IMG/VR virus record: IMGVR_UViG_3300016476_001599
Coordinates: 32,001 to 96,000 of that record
Source of the DNA: a virus
Strand: one strand, 5' to 3'
DNA: 64,000 nt
Shown: piece by piece, positions 1 through 9,663 of the stretch
Numbering within the stretch: the stretch's first letter is position 1
How the letters are laid out: each line of letters begins with the position of its first letter
Translations under genes and position numbers: made by a program
The notes under the pieces: model-generated
Database searches by the model: none
Seen by the model: the letters and a program-made list of their open reading frames with translations, nothing else
Told to the model about the DNA's origin: nothing

Positions 1-17
1 AAGCCTACGCCACGCCT

Positions 18-656
18 TTGATCCTGCTTGTGCTAGATAAATACGACACGGACGCCCTTTCCTGGTCCCCTGCAACCATAAGAATGGAGTTAGAGCAGGA
101 CTTTCAGTTGAAGTTGCCGAAGATCACGCTAGATAAAATCATGGCGGCGGTGACAATTTTGACTACGAATTACTTCTACAAAGACGTAACGCGATTTGTC
201 GAAATCTGCAATATACTGTCCGGTGACGATTTTCAACCGAACGAGTTTGAACCGGCTGACGCCGGTGAGATGTTGGTCGGAATTACGGAAGCTCTGCTGC
301 TGTATCCCCCCAACGACGATCCCGAAGACACCGAGTTTTCGGCTGAGATTCAGGAGTACATCAAACAAGTACTCCGCGAAGAGGGTATTTTGAAACCCTT
401 TGACGTCCTGAGGTTTGCGATGAGTGACGACAGCGCAAGCAAAGTAGACGCAGACTACGCTGACGACCCGGAAATGTATTCGGCTATCTACAAAATGCAA
501 CAGGGCAAGACAGGAGATCTGCGTACGATTTACCTGGAAAATATGCGGGGCTTGATGGATCAACTGCGTATGTTACCATTGAGCAACGGTTCAACAGAAG
601 TTGTAGTACGTCAGCTGCAACAAATAGTATCCTTATCGGGAGCAGAAGAAGAATGA
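18..656 (+). CDS. Hypothetical acidic phage protein, probably 5'-truncated by the window edge
   Basis: 212-aa ORF; frame is open back to position 3; stop overlaps next ATG. Confidence 0.6.
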   Translation: MILLVLDKYDTDALSWSPATIRMELEQDFQLKLPKITLDKIMAAVTILTTNYFYKDVTRFVEICNILSGDDFQPNEFEPADAGEMLVGITEALLLYPPNDDPEDTEFSAEIQEYIKQVLREEGILKPFDVLRFAMSDDSASKVDADYADDPEMYSAIYKMQQGKTGDLRTIYLENMRGLMDQLRMLPLSNGSTEVVVRQLQQIVSLSGAEEE

Positions 657-940
657 AGATGCACACTCTTTTAAAGTTTGCGGTTTTAGTCGTTATCGGT
701 ACCGGTTTCGCGAAAGCTCAAGACTGCAACAACGGTACCTGCCGTCAACCTGTTCGAAACACGGTTACCGCTGTGGCAACGCCAGCATTCGAAGTGGTTG
801 AGACCGCCGCGCACGCTGTCGAACACGTTGCACAAACCACAGTGCAAGTCGCAACATGTGCTACGCAAAAGACGATTGCGGTCGCAACCCGCCCAGCGAG
901 ACGAGTATTGACGACACGGCGAGCTCGTTGCTGCCGTTAG
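653..940 (+). CDS. Small secreted Cys-containing protein
   Basis: Signal peptide MKMHTLLKFAVLVVIGTGFAKA, then QDCNNGTCRQPVRNTV; followed by a terminator. Confidence 0.65.
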   Translation: MKMHTLLKFAVLVVIGTGFAKAQDCNNGTCRQPVRNTVTAVATPAFEVVETAAHAVEHVAQTTVQVATCATQKTIAVATRPARRVLTTRRARCCR

Positions 941-961
941 TCTAACATCCTTCAACGCGTG

Positions 962-997
962 ACCACCCGGCTGGATTTCTAGCCGGGTGGTTTTTTT
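962..997 (+). terminator. Intrinsic terminator
   Basis: Stem ACCACCCGGCT/AGCCGGGTGGT followed by a T run. Confidence 0.85.
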
Positions 998-1008
998 ATG
1001 GAGTCAAT

Positions 1009-1707
1009 ATGAGCCATTTAGTGAACGGTTTTTGTGTTAAAGATATCACGGCATTGAGCCAAGTGGTCAAAGAGCAGTGTCCGAGCCTTGAGATGGTTCA
1101 AGGTACAACTTATCGCACGTGGATAACCGACAACGGCAGACTGGTCGGGGATCATCCGCTGCCTGGATTCTACCAGCTCATCCTGGCAAAGGATCTCGAG
1201 AAAAGTGGAGTCGACCTTGCAGCCATTGCAAGCAAGATGGGCGTAAAGCTGCCGGCCAATCTTTCTGAACTGGAAAACAAACCTTGGAATCTATCCGCAC
1301 AGCAAAAGCTTCTGCGGGACGATGCAGTGTTGAAAGCGTACAACGACATTGTCCAAAATCGAATGAGTAAGGATTGTCAGTACGTTATCCGCTACAAGCC
1401 TAACGAAGGAAAGAAGAACGCTTACGAGATCGGCGTTGTTCCTCATCCGTTTCGCAAGGGCGAATTCGTCCTGATGACGGACTTTTTCCAGCAAGGCAAA
1501 GGACTGCTGGAGGCCGAGGGTCTTGGTAGGTATGAATCGATAGCGGGCGTGGATAACTGGGCAAACCAGCTCAAGCAAGGTTACGCCGCGAGAGCCACCG
1601 AGAGAGTCATACAACAACAAATGGCCATGGGCAATCCTGCCTATGGTCAAGTCACGCGTGTCGCGATGCCTGACGGCAGGTTAGTTTATCAAGTGAAAGG
1701 CCGCTAA
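1009..1707 (+). CDS. DUF1257/Ycf35-like protein with internal insertion
   Basis: MSH start, YRTW, VGDHPLPG, YEIGVV, LKQGYA; typical partner of DUF2997 and Ycf46-type AAA genes. Confidence 0.6.
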   Translation: MSHLVNGFCVKDITALSQVVKEQCPSLEMVQGTTYRTWITDNGRLVGDHPLPGFYQLILAKDLEKSGVDLAAIASKMGVKLPANLSELENKPWNLSAQQKLLRDDAVLKAYNDIVQNRMSKDCQYVIRYKPNEGKKNAYEIGVVPHPFRKGEFVLMTDFFQQGKGLLEAEGLGRYESIAGVDNWANQLKQGYAARATERVIQQQMAMGNPAYGQVTRVAMPDGRLVYQVKGR

Positions 1708-1709
1708 GC

Positions 1710-1907
1710 ATGGAAAAGACGATTACAATCACCATCCAACCGGACGGTCAAACAAGCATCGAGGCGAGCGGGTTTACCGGAGGAAGTTGCGTGAAGGCCA
1801 CGCAGCCGCTCAAGGAAACGCTTATCGGCGAAGCTCCGGCGACTCAAGTTTTGAAACCTGAGTATCACATACCTCAACCTCATATCGCCGAAAGAATGAG
1901 ACAGTGA
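1710..1907 (+). CDS. DUF2997-family small protein
   Basis: ITITIQPDGQTSIEASGFTGGSCVKAT...LKPEY pattern. Confidence 0.75.
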   Translation: MEKTITITIQPDGQTSIEASGFTGGSCVKATQPLKETLIGEAPATQVLKPEYHIPQPHIAERMRQ

Positions 1908-2326
1908 TGTCGGACTGGTTTAAAAAGCTGCAAGAACGCATGAAAAAAGATAACAAAGACGGGGCAGTCGATAAACAACAGTTTGTCGACTGCCCCATTC
2001 GTCAAAAAATGCTCAACGGATTGCCAGCAATACGAAAAAGGCTTATGGAGGACAAACGATTTCGGTTGGTGGCCGAGGTCAATCACGTAGATAACTTCGT
2101 GCTAGTCGCTCGCCACAGGTTAATCGAAGATTTAATGTCGCTGATAATCGACGACCTATGCGAATCGTCTTCGAAAAATGACAAGGATTGGTGGCACTCG
2201 GGTTTTTCGAACAGCGAGGTAACCTCGTCCAGGACGCCTGATCACCGCGAAATCTACGCAATAGCCGGAGATACTGCGACCTCTGTTTACTACGAATTAA
2301 ATGGAAGGCGACAAAGTGGAAGCTGA
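1904..2326 (+). CDS. Hypothetical protein
   Basis: 140-aa ORF coupled to previous stop. Confidence 0.5.
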   Translation: MMSDWFKKLQERMKKDNKDGAVDKQQFVDCPIRQKMLNGLPAIRKRLMEDKRFRLVAEVNHVDNFVLVARHRLIEDLMSLIIDDLCESSSKNDKDWWHSGFSNSEVTSSRTPDHREIYAIAGDTATSVYYELNGRRQSGS

Positions 2327-2636
2327 AAAAGTAGAAAGCTGTAAGCCGCAGCGTCCATCGTGCGAAAGCTGCGTATTTGCTGCGCAGTTCAAACATCCCG
2401 GGGAGCAGCCTGCGTCGCCCCCTACGATCGTTACCCGCAGGTTCCTTTGGTTCAAGTGGCAATCCCGCGTTGACTGGGACATTGCGCTGATCGCCGACGT
2501 GCGGCTTGAACGCTGGAAAGCGGAGCTGGAAAAGCACAACAATCGTGTGCTTTGCTGCCGCTATCCTGCACAGATTGAAAAACGTAAAAACTCTCTTTGT
2601 GGTGAATACATACGGGAAGAAGAAAAACATGCTTAA
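2301..2636 (+). CDS. Hypothetical protein with CxxC motif
   Basis: CESC and CCRYP motifs; overlaps neighbours. Confidence 0.5.
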   Translation: MEGDKVEAEKVESCKPQRPSCESCVFAAQFKHPGEQPASPPTIVTRRFLWFKWQSRVDWDIALIADVRLERWKAELEKHNNRVLCCRYPAQIEKRKNSLCGEYIREEEKHA

Positions 2637-4428
2637 AACGATTTTGAAGTATTTGGCGTCCGGTCAGGCAGGAATTTGCGTAACCTCGGTTGAACCGGAG
2701 GACGTGCACAACGAACTACTGGGCTACGCCCTTGAACACGCTCAGGTCGCTGGACCCGAAGGCATTATTCTGCTTAGCTGGGATGCTGTCGACGGTTTGA
2801 CGGACATTCAAGGTCGCGAAGTAAAAATCGAAGAGGGTCTTACGCTTGGAAAGACATCGCTATACAGTTCGCTCGACTACGCGATCAAAAATGCTCGCAG
2901 TCGTATTTCGCTTGAACAAGAAGGTATTGCCGCGGAAAACATGGCGGACGACATGGTGAAAAAGCTTGTCCTCGTTGTGCGCAATTACGACAGACACTTG
3001 TTCCCCAGCGGCGCGGCCAGTGGTCAAGTCGACCCGCTTATTTTGGCTCAAACGCAAAAGCTGATCGCCGAAGGGCAAAACGCTCGAGTTTTCTTGATTG
3101 CTCAAACGACGCCCGGGTTCGAGCTACCCTACGAGTTGGTAGAACATTTCGAGGTTTTGCAGCACAACTTGCCTGACGAAGACGAAAGGGAAGACTTGTT
3201 GCACGCACTTGACGCCGAGTCCAAGGTGGAAGCGACGACGATTGAAGCCATTGCAGGTTTGTCTCGAGCCAAGATCCAACAGTACGGCGCTGAGTCGCTT
3301 GCCGAAAAGGGCGTCTTTGATCCGCCTTTCCTTTTTCACAAAAAGGCGATGCACTTGAGTCGCAGCTCGAAGCTGGACGTGTGGTCTCCGTCGTTTCAAC
3401 AGGCCATCAAGCTGTGGCCGGAGGAAACCGTTGAGGAACTTCGCGATGCCGTGGACGTCACGCTACTAGCCGAAGAGTATCCGTCGCAACAAGAAATACG
3501 CGCACGTATCAGCTTTACGCAAGGAGGCAAGAAGTCTGAGCATTGGCTGGACCCGATGCTCGTGACGGACTTCAACAAGCTTTACCGTCCCGAGAGGAAC
3601 TTCTACACCTTTGACTCGATTATCGGGCTGACGGGTTTGAAGTCGTACCTTAAAAACGGCTTTAGCCCGGAGGTTCCCGATCGCTCCAAACTGCGACACG
3701 TTCTCATGCTCGGTGTTCCAGGTACCGGCAAATCGATGACCATGAAGTGCTGTTCCGGCGAATTTCATTTACCTTTGTCCTCGATGCAAGCTAGCAACTT
3801 GTATTCGAAGTGGGTTGGCGACACCGACAAAATCCTGGCGAACATGCTTCGAACGGTGGAAGAGATCGGCGGTATATTGGCTATCGACGAATTTCAAAGA
3901 TTTCTTCCGCAAGGTGGAAGTTCTGGCGAAGCCGGAGGATTGGAAAACCGCATGTTGGGAACGCTGCTGACCTGGTTTAACGACCAGAACAGTACGGTTA
4001 TCCTTTCGGCGGCAAACAACATCGCGCATCTTCCCGACGAGATCACGCGGTCCGGTCGCGTCGATGCCCTGTTTTTCGTCGGCTTCCCCGGAAGCGAGGC
4101 GAAGAACCACGCGTGGGAAATGTACATGGCAAGGCACGATCTTCAACCACAAGAACTTCCGAAGGATCAATTCTGGACACCGGCAGACATCGCAGCGTGC
4201 TGTCGGCTAGCTGAAATGCAACGCGTACCTGTTGCAACCGCCGCTAAGTGGGTAACACCCTCTTACGAGAAGAACAAAGAACAAATGGATAACTTGTTGG
4301 GATGGGCCGAGGCCGCCGGCTGCATCTGTGCTGAGACGGGCGAACGCTTCCAGAAAAAGGCAGCGATGGACGCAGTAAATTGCGTGAAGCAACGCGTCGT
4401 ACGAAAAGTAACACGAGCAAAGGAATAA
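2629..4428 (+). CDS. AAA+ ATPase (Ycf46-like)
   Basis: Walker A GVPGTGKS, Walker B LAIDE, SAANN, arginine finger RSGRVD; start placed at ATG 2629. Confidence 0.85.
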   Translation: MLKTILKYLASGQAGICVTSVEPEDVHNELLGYALEHAQVAGPEGIILLSWDAVDGLTDIQGREVKIEEGLTLGKTSLYSSLDYAIKNARSRISLEQEGIAAENMADDMVKKLVLVVRNYDRHLFPSGAASGQVDPLILAQTQKLIAEGQNARVFLIAQTTPGFELPYELVEHFEVLQHNLPDEDEREDLLHALDAESKVEATTIEAIAGLSRAKIQQYGAESLAEKGVFDPPFLFHKKAMHLSRSSKLDVWSPSFQQAIKLWPEETVEELRDAVDVTLLAEEYPSQQEIRARISFTQGGKKSEHWLDPMLVTDFNKLYRPERNFYTFDSIIGLTGLKSYLKNGFSPEVPDRSKLRHVLMLGVPGTGKSMTMKCCSGEFHLPLSSMQASNLYSKWVGDTDKILANMLRTVEEIGGILAIDEFQRFLPQGGSSGEAGGLENRMLGTLLTWFNDQNSTVILSAANNIAHLPDEITRSGRVDALFFVGFPGSEAKNHAWEMYMARHDLQPQELPKDQFWTPADIAACCRLAEMQRVPVATAAKWVTPSYEKNKEQMDNLLGWAEAAGCICAETGERFQKKAAMDAVNCVKQRVVRKVTRAKE

Positions 4429-4432
4429 TCCA

Positions 4433-5659
4433 GTGGAAAACCAAGTCACATATCTTACCATCAAATACACGGTCGGCTGGCTACCTTCGTCACTCGGTCT
4501 TACCGAGCAGGCAAAGGCCGTACTGGCCCGCGAACAGAACGTCGACTCCAAGGTGTTGCGAGGATCTTATGCGATCCTCGGTGCTTCTAACGACGAGCTC
4601 ATCAAGGAAGGAGCAAGTTTACGCCGACTTCTCAACATCATCCGGGACGAATACACCATTCCGGAGTACACCTTGGTCGGAACTGCCGCAGACACGGAAA
4701 ATCTGAAACCAGAAAAGGTTCCGGGCTCTTACCTGATCGAGGCGGCGAGGTTGGACGATTTTCTTTCACGATTCAACGCCATGCGGGACCAGTACCTTGC
4801 GTGGGGTAAGCGTGTTGCTTCGCCAGAGAATTACGAAAAGATTCGGGAAAGCGACCGCATAAAACTCGGTAAGGACTGGGCGGTTGTCGAACGCAAATAC
4901 CCGACTGCCGAGGAAATCGCGGACGCGATCACTTGCGACGTGCCGCGAATTGAGCAGTACAATGCGACAATAACCGTGGACAGTCTGGCACCTGCGACAA
5001 GCGAAAAGCTCCGCGTACAGGCCGAACAAAGGTTGCAAGCTTCGGTCAACGGTGCGGTCGGCGAGCTCGTCTTTGAGCTTAAAGAAATGGTTGCAACCGT
5101 TGCTCGCAACTGCGGGAAACGCATTCGACTGTCGCCCCCGATCGACGGCCAGTACGCTAGTTTGCGTGACGCCGAGGTTCGCGAGATCCTACGGAACAGC
5201 GATAACTCGGAGATACCGCCAGGATACGTGCAAGTTATTGTGCAGCAATGCGTGCAGAACGGCAAAGGCGGTTTCAAGCAGACAGGCAAAGAACAAAGTG
5301 TTTTGCTTACCGAGCAAGAATACTTGGCTTTGAAGCCTTACGAGACCGACGAGCACCGGACCCTGACGCAAAGCGGTTTCAGCAATTTGCAATGGCTTGC
5401 GGATAAAATCTCCTCCGTCAAGAACATGCTGGGCGAGGAAGGCAAACCTGTTATCGATCTCGCCAAAGAAATCCAAGACACACTCTCCGGCATGGGCAGC
5501 TCCGCAGACAGCGTCACCCGAAACATTCGGGACAACAGCTATGCTCGAGCTACGGCGAAACAAACCTTCACCTCGCTTCTTAATCGAATTACCGAAAAGG
5601 AAATCGAGATAAGAAAAGTGCAAAAGGTCGGACGAAAGATTGATCGAGCATGCGCATAA
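4433..5659 (+). CDS. DUF3150-like protein of the AAA module
   Basis: 408 aa; directly after the Ycf46-like AAA; YP..E motif and helical composition. Confidence 0.45.
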   Translation: MENQVTYLTIKYTVGWLPSSLGLTEQAKAVLAREQNVDSKVLRGSYAILGASNDELIKEGASLRRLLNIIRDEYTIPEYTLVGTAADTENLKPEKVPGSYLIEAARLDDFLSRFNAMRDQYLAWGKRVASPENYEKIRESDRIKLGKDWAVVERKYPTAEEIADAITCDVPRIEQYNATITVDSLAPATSEKLRVQAEQRLQASVNGAVGELVFELKEMVATVARNCGKRIRLSPPIDGQYASLRDAEVREILRNSDNSEIPPGYVQVIVQQCVQNGKGGFKQTGKEQSVLLTEQEYLALKPYETDEHRTLTQSGFSNLQWLADKISSVKNMLGEEGKPVIDLAKEIQDTLSGMGSSADSVTRNIRDNSYARATAKQTFTSLLNRITEKEIEIRKVQKVGRKIDRACA

Positions 5660-6048
5660 TCATCCATCCTGACGGGAAAATCGAGAGCTTGGAAAACGAG
5701 ATAACGCAGGCTCTCGGTTTGACGGATCGAAAGCGAGTCAGCCACGTCGAACCTGCAAACCGGTTTCTTCGCTTTGCATTCCGGATGCTACGAAACCGCG
5801 TCCGCGACGATTCAAAAATAGCTTGTTGGACTAGAACTTGGCGCTGCCGCTGGCAAGCCAACATTTTTGACGGCCCCACGCTAGGACCGTACGCTCGGCG
5901 GCAAGATGCTATTGCCGCTGAGATTGAATTCATCGAAGAACGATTACTTGGAGAAACACATGGGTTTAACGCCGTCGGATGCGACCATAACGCTAGCGGA
6001 TCTGGTTGCTACGATCAAACTGCTGGAAAAGTTGAAGGAAGATTTTGA
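5650..6048 (+). CDS. Small conserved protein of the AAA module
   Basis: IIIHPDG, RVSHVEP, GPTLGPY.RRQDAIAAE pattern. Confidence 0.55.
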   Translation: MRIIIHPDGKIESLENEITQALGLTDRKRVSHVEPANRFLRFAFRMLRNRVRDDSKIACWTRTWRCRWQANIFDGPTLGPYARRQDAIAAEIEFIEERLLGETHGFNAVGCDHNASGSGCYDQTAGKVEGRF

Positions 6049-6475
6049 AAAGAGGGAATTGAAGTTGCCGCCGCAAGCCGTAAGCGGCAAGATCGTCCTT
6101 GGTGTCGACTACCATCTAGTCAAGGCCGAGCCCGGTTCCGCGTGCCCGCCATTTAAGCTTGACCAACACCTCGCCCCGACGATTTTGCTTTACGCGCAGT
6201 CGCTGGACAGCGGTAGCAAACCTCGCGAGAGTCTTGAGTGGCTAAGTAACCTCTTCGGTGACAGCGGTGTTATGGGTACACTGATAAAGGCAAGCAATCC
6301 AGTACCTGTCAACCCGCTGATCGAAGCACACTTTAAGGCGGAGGTTGAGAAGTGCAAGGTAAGCTTCCAGACAAAAAGCGGTAAGCAGCCGAAAGAAGGC
6401 AACACCACAGTGAGCGGAACCGTGCGGTATTTGGAAATGGCGGATCCGGCTAACGCTGGCACCAGAAAGAGGTAA
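5960..6475 (+). CDS. Hypothetical protein
   Basis: GGAG SD upstream of ATG 5960. Confidence 0.55.
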   Translation: MGLTPSDATITLADLVATIKLLEKLKEDFEKRELKLPPQAVSGKIVLGVDYHLVKAEPGSACPPFKLDQHLAPTILLYAQSLDSGSKPRESLEWLSNLFGDSGVMGTLIKASNPVPVNPLIEAHFKAEVEKCKVSFQTKSGKQPKEGNTTVSGTVRYLEMADPANAGTRKR

Positions 6476-6680
6476 TTGAAAATGGAAGGTAGCGAATTGT
6501 GCTCCGGTATTAGTTGCGGTTTTAGAGAACATTGCAAACGGTACCAGCCGAAAGCAAAAGGTCAAAAGGGATTAAAACCGCCAGGGTCGCTACCTGTGTC
6601 TTGTTCAAACTTTGTGCCAAGGACAAGTTACGGTAGCTGCTCACCTGGTACTGGTGAGCAGCTCTTTTGTGAAAAGAAAA

Positions 6681-6983
6681 ATGAAAAATCTTAGTTTTGA
6701 GGAATTTGCTGCCAAGTACTGCGAGACGCAGCAATCGACTCCGGAAAGCCTGGCAGCAGTTCTCGAGTCCCAGGTCAATAAGTTTCAGCCGACAGGTTGG
6801 TTCTTGAGTCAATGCGAAGACATGTGTTCGTGTAATTTTGGAAACCAGGTAATCCTTCCGTACGGCCCGTCCAACACTTTCAAAGAGATACCCGCGAACA
6901 GGTTAGTTAGACCGCACACAGGATCCGGCTGTACGTATTCCGTTGTAGCCAATTTACCCGTAGGAGAGTTCAATGCAAGGTAA
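6681..6983 (+). CDS. Hypothetical protein
   Basis: ORF from ATG 6681, coupled to the next gene. Confidence 0.5.
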   Translation: MKNLSFEEFAAKYCETQQSTPESLAAVLESQVNKFQPTGWFLSQCEDMCSCNFGNQVILPYGPSNTFKEIPANRLVRPHTGSGCTYSVVANLPVGEFNAR

Positions 6984-7197
6984 AGAACATGTGCGACTGG
7001 AAGGCACAGTAAAGCGAATGACGCACAAAGCCGTGCTTGTGGCCTTGACGTCGCCAAAGGTCAAAGAGATCTGGATCCCGTCAAGTCAGTTGAAAGACAC
7101 GGACTGCCTGGCGGAAGGGGACGAGGGCTACTTCGTTATTCCGCAGTGGCTGGCTGAAAAGAACGATCTTTTGGAAGACGAGGAAGACGACGAGTGA
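6973..7197 (+). CDS. Small hypothetical phage protein
   Basis: AGGAG SD; T.KAVLV...WIPSSQ...IPQWLAEK pattern common in phages. Confidence 0.6.
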   Translation: MQGKEHVRLEGTVKRMTHKAVLVALTSPKVKEIWIPSSQLKDTDCLAEGDEGYFVIPQWLAEKNDLLEDEEDDE

Positions 7198-8096
7198 AAC
7201 AAGGAAACACGAAACTTGGTAAATCGATTTGGCAGTGGAGCTTAATCGCCGGCCTGGAGACTATCTGTATTGGTGCTACGTCCGCCTGCCTGAAAGTTTG
7301 CTACGCCATGCGAAACCACTACAGGTACGAACCGGTTCAAGACAGCCTCTACAAAAATTATGAGCTGTCGCTAACCGACTTCTTTGTCGGTTTCATACTG
7401 GGTTGTTTGTTTCTATTCAAAATTCGAACCGTCCGCATACATGCTTCTGGGGATTTCTACAGTCCGGAGTATGTCAGAAAGTGGACGGAGATCGCACAGT
7501 GTAGGCCTGACGTTACATTTTACGCCTACACTCGCAGCTGGCGAAACCGAGACGGCAGTTTAAACGATCCGATGTTGCAAGCGTTCACCACTTTAGCCGC
7601 GTTACCAAACGTCCGGCTGTGGTACTCTTGCGACAAGGACACCGGAGAACCGCCATTGACTTCGCATGTTATGCGATGCTACCTGCAGGGCAACGACGAG
7701 GACACCCCGAGCTACGATGTCGATCTCTTTTTCCGCAATTTGCGAAAGAGTATCGTCAAACGGATTAAGGGTAAGATAGTCTGCCCTGTGGAAAACGGTG
7801 CTACGTCGACAACATGTAGCGCTTGTAAGTTGTGTTACACTCCGGTCTTGTTACACCGGATAAACGCAAAAGTTGTCAAAAGTAACTCGGATATCGGTTC
7901 AAGCGGTTTAATCGATTCCGTCTTTTCAAACGACCGCAAATGTAAACAGGAATTTAAACAGGAAGAAATTGAGAATGAAAACTGCATATCCGACAAACAA
8001 CAAGCCCGCAAATCGCCCAAGCCGAAAAGCCGTCGGCAACACGGAAAACCAAAGTCCGCGAAATCCAGGTGTCCGCGTCTATTCGCTGGACGGTAA
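7194..8096 (+). CDS. GP88-like Cys-rich phage protein
   Basis: GNTKLG, C.GATSAC..CYA, RIHASGDFYS, FYAYTRSW, CP...TCSACKLC. Confidence 0.75.
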   Translation: MKQGNTKLGKSIWQWSLIAGLETICIGATSACLKVCYAMRNHYRYEPVQDSLYKNYELSLTDFFVGFILGCLFLFKIRTVRIHASGDFYSPEYVRKWTEIAQCRPDVTFYAYTRSWRNRDGSLNDPMLQAFTTLAALPNVRLWYSCDKDTGEPPLTSHVMRCYLQGNDEDTPSYDVDLFFRNLRKSIVKRIKGKIVCPVENGATSTTCSACKLCYTPVLLHRINAKVVKSNSDIGSSGLIDSVFSNDRKCKQEFKQEEIENENCISDKQQARKSPKPKSRRQHGKPKSAKSRCPRLFAGR

Positions 8097-8502
8097 GCTG
8101 ATTGCCGTGTACGGTCAGGCTAACCACTGGTGGGCGGAAGAGGTTCGCGCAAAATACTACGACGAGAACGGTAGACTCGGCACAATGGCCGCGGCTGAGC
8201 TCGCACGCTGGAAGTACATGGCAGAACTTGTTGACCTGCCCCGTCGTACGACTTCACACGAGGCCGAGCCGCAAGATTCGCAAATCCCTTATGCTATTCG
8301 ACTGCTCTGGGGCATCCGCAACTCCGAAGATTTGAAAAAGGCCCTCTCAAGTCATCGTTGCGGGCAGTGCGAAGATTGCCGAAAATTCGGCGACAAGGGT
8401 AGCAACTGCGAAGACCGTAGACTTCTACGGACGGTAGCGATCGAGCACGGCTTCAAGCCCGCAGGTGTCCGTGCTCGACCCAAGTCGCTCATTCGCCGCT
8501 AG
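7975..8502 (+). CDS. Hypothetical protein with C-terminal Cys cluster
   Basis: CGQCEDC...C; shares a CTAG stop with the convergent gene. Confidence 0.5.
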   Translation: MKTAYPTNNKPANRPSRKAVGNTENQSPRNPGVRVYSLDGKLIAVYGQANHWWAEEVRAKYYDENGRLGTMAAAELARWKYMAELVDLPRRTTSHEAEPQDSQIPYAIRLLWGIRNSEDLKKALSSHRCGQCEDCRKFGDKGSNCEDRRLLRTVAIEHGFKPAGVRARPKSLIRR

Positions 8503-9662
8503 TAAGCGGCGGCTGCTTTCTCTAAATCCACATCCGCCAAAGGACTGCTTGCGACTTTCGACCGGGCGGGAAATTGCCCGGCTGATTTCAAAAGCTTTTC
8601 AAGCAGTTCTGCGTCGGGTTTGGGTAACGTGTGAGCAATAGCCGCCAGTTTTTCAGGATCAACTTCCAAGCCGACGCATGACTCTTTTGCGAATTCATCG
8701 CCCAAGAATTCCACAAGGTCTTGCCTTGCCAGTTTTGCAAGTTGATCCTTTCCGTAAACATTTCCGGTCTGCAGCTCGCACATATCGTCGCAAGCTGCAG
8801 CCGCCTTGGAGAACGAGACTGCGAAAACGATATCCTCTGGACGAGGTATTGCTTCCGTGTACTTTCCCTTCAACCCGATGGCGTAATCCATCTCGTCGAT
8901 AGTTGCCGCCAGTTTTAACGCTGTGTCCCGGTCGAGAAACACCTCGGGTCGCTCATTGATTACCTCCGCTAACTTTTCAATGCTGTCACGGTGTGTTTCG
9001 CTCTTAGCGAGCAGCGCGCGTGCGTACAAGGCGCTTTGCACTTTCGACAAATCTGGAAGACCGTAACCGGCTTGCTTTTCAAGTTGGTCTGCTACAGCAT
9101 TCCCGAGATCGACTCCGCAAGCCGCAGCTTTAGATAAAATCTTTCCCGCAACGACGCAACGGTCTTCGAAAATAAAATTGTCCTTGTTTTCATCGAGCCA
9201 GGCTGCTGCGGCTTTGATCTCGTCCGCGTCGGTCAACGGGTAATGCCTTTCAACGATGAAGTCCTGTCCCTGCTTTGTTTTGTAAACGTATGCGTAGTCG
9301 CTGTCGTCCAGCGACGGCGACGCAACTTCTTTGCTGAGAACTTTGTCGCAAGCAGCTTTAACCCCATGGTATTCAGCCGCCTTCCGCAGGTTTTCTTCGA
9401 TCCTTTTCTGCTCATTAAGACTGAATGAAGCACGCTTAATCTGAAAATAAGCCGAGGAAAGCCAAGTTGCAGCCGCCGTGTGACAAGGGTACCTTAAACT
9501 ATGTGGGTAATCCGCATACGCAGTTTTCGCTATGTATGCAGTGTTCGCCACCGTGTCCATTTCCGCTGTCTTGACGAAGTCCGGAAGTTCGAAAGTTTCT
9601 GCGACCTTGATCAAGCCAGATTTGTTTTTATCGTTGGTAGGGTCAAGTACAGGGTAAGTCAT
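8499..9662 (-). CDS. Conserved hypothetical phage protein
   Basis: Long ORF (~387 aa from MTYPVLD) with no competing long ORF. Confidence 0.75.
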   Translation of the reverse strand: MTYPVLDPTNDKNKSGLIKVAETFELPDFVKTAEMDTVANTAYIAKTAYADYPHSLRYPCHTAAATWLSSAYFQIKRASFSLNEQKRIEENLRKAAEYHGVKAACDKVLSKEVASPSLDDSDYAYVYKTKQGQDFIVERHYPLTDADEIKAAAAWLDENKDNFIFEDRCVVAGKILSKAAACGVDLGNAVADQLEKQAGYGLPDLSKVQSALYARALLAKSETHRDSIEKLAEVINERPEVFLDRDTALKLAATIDEMDYAIGLKGKYTEAIPRPEDIVFAVSFSKAAAACDDMCELQTGNVYGKDQLAKLARQDLVEFLGDEFAKESCVGLEVDPEKLAAIAHTLPKPDAELLEKLLKSAGQFPARSKVASSPLADVDLEKAAAAY

Positions 9663-9663
9663 C

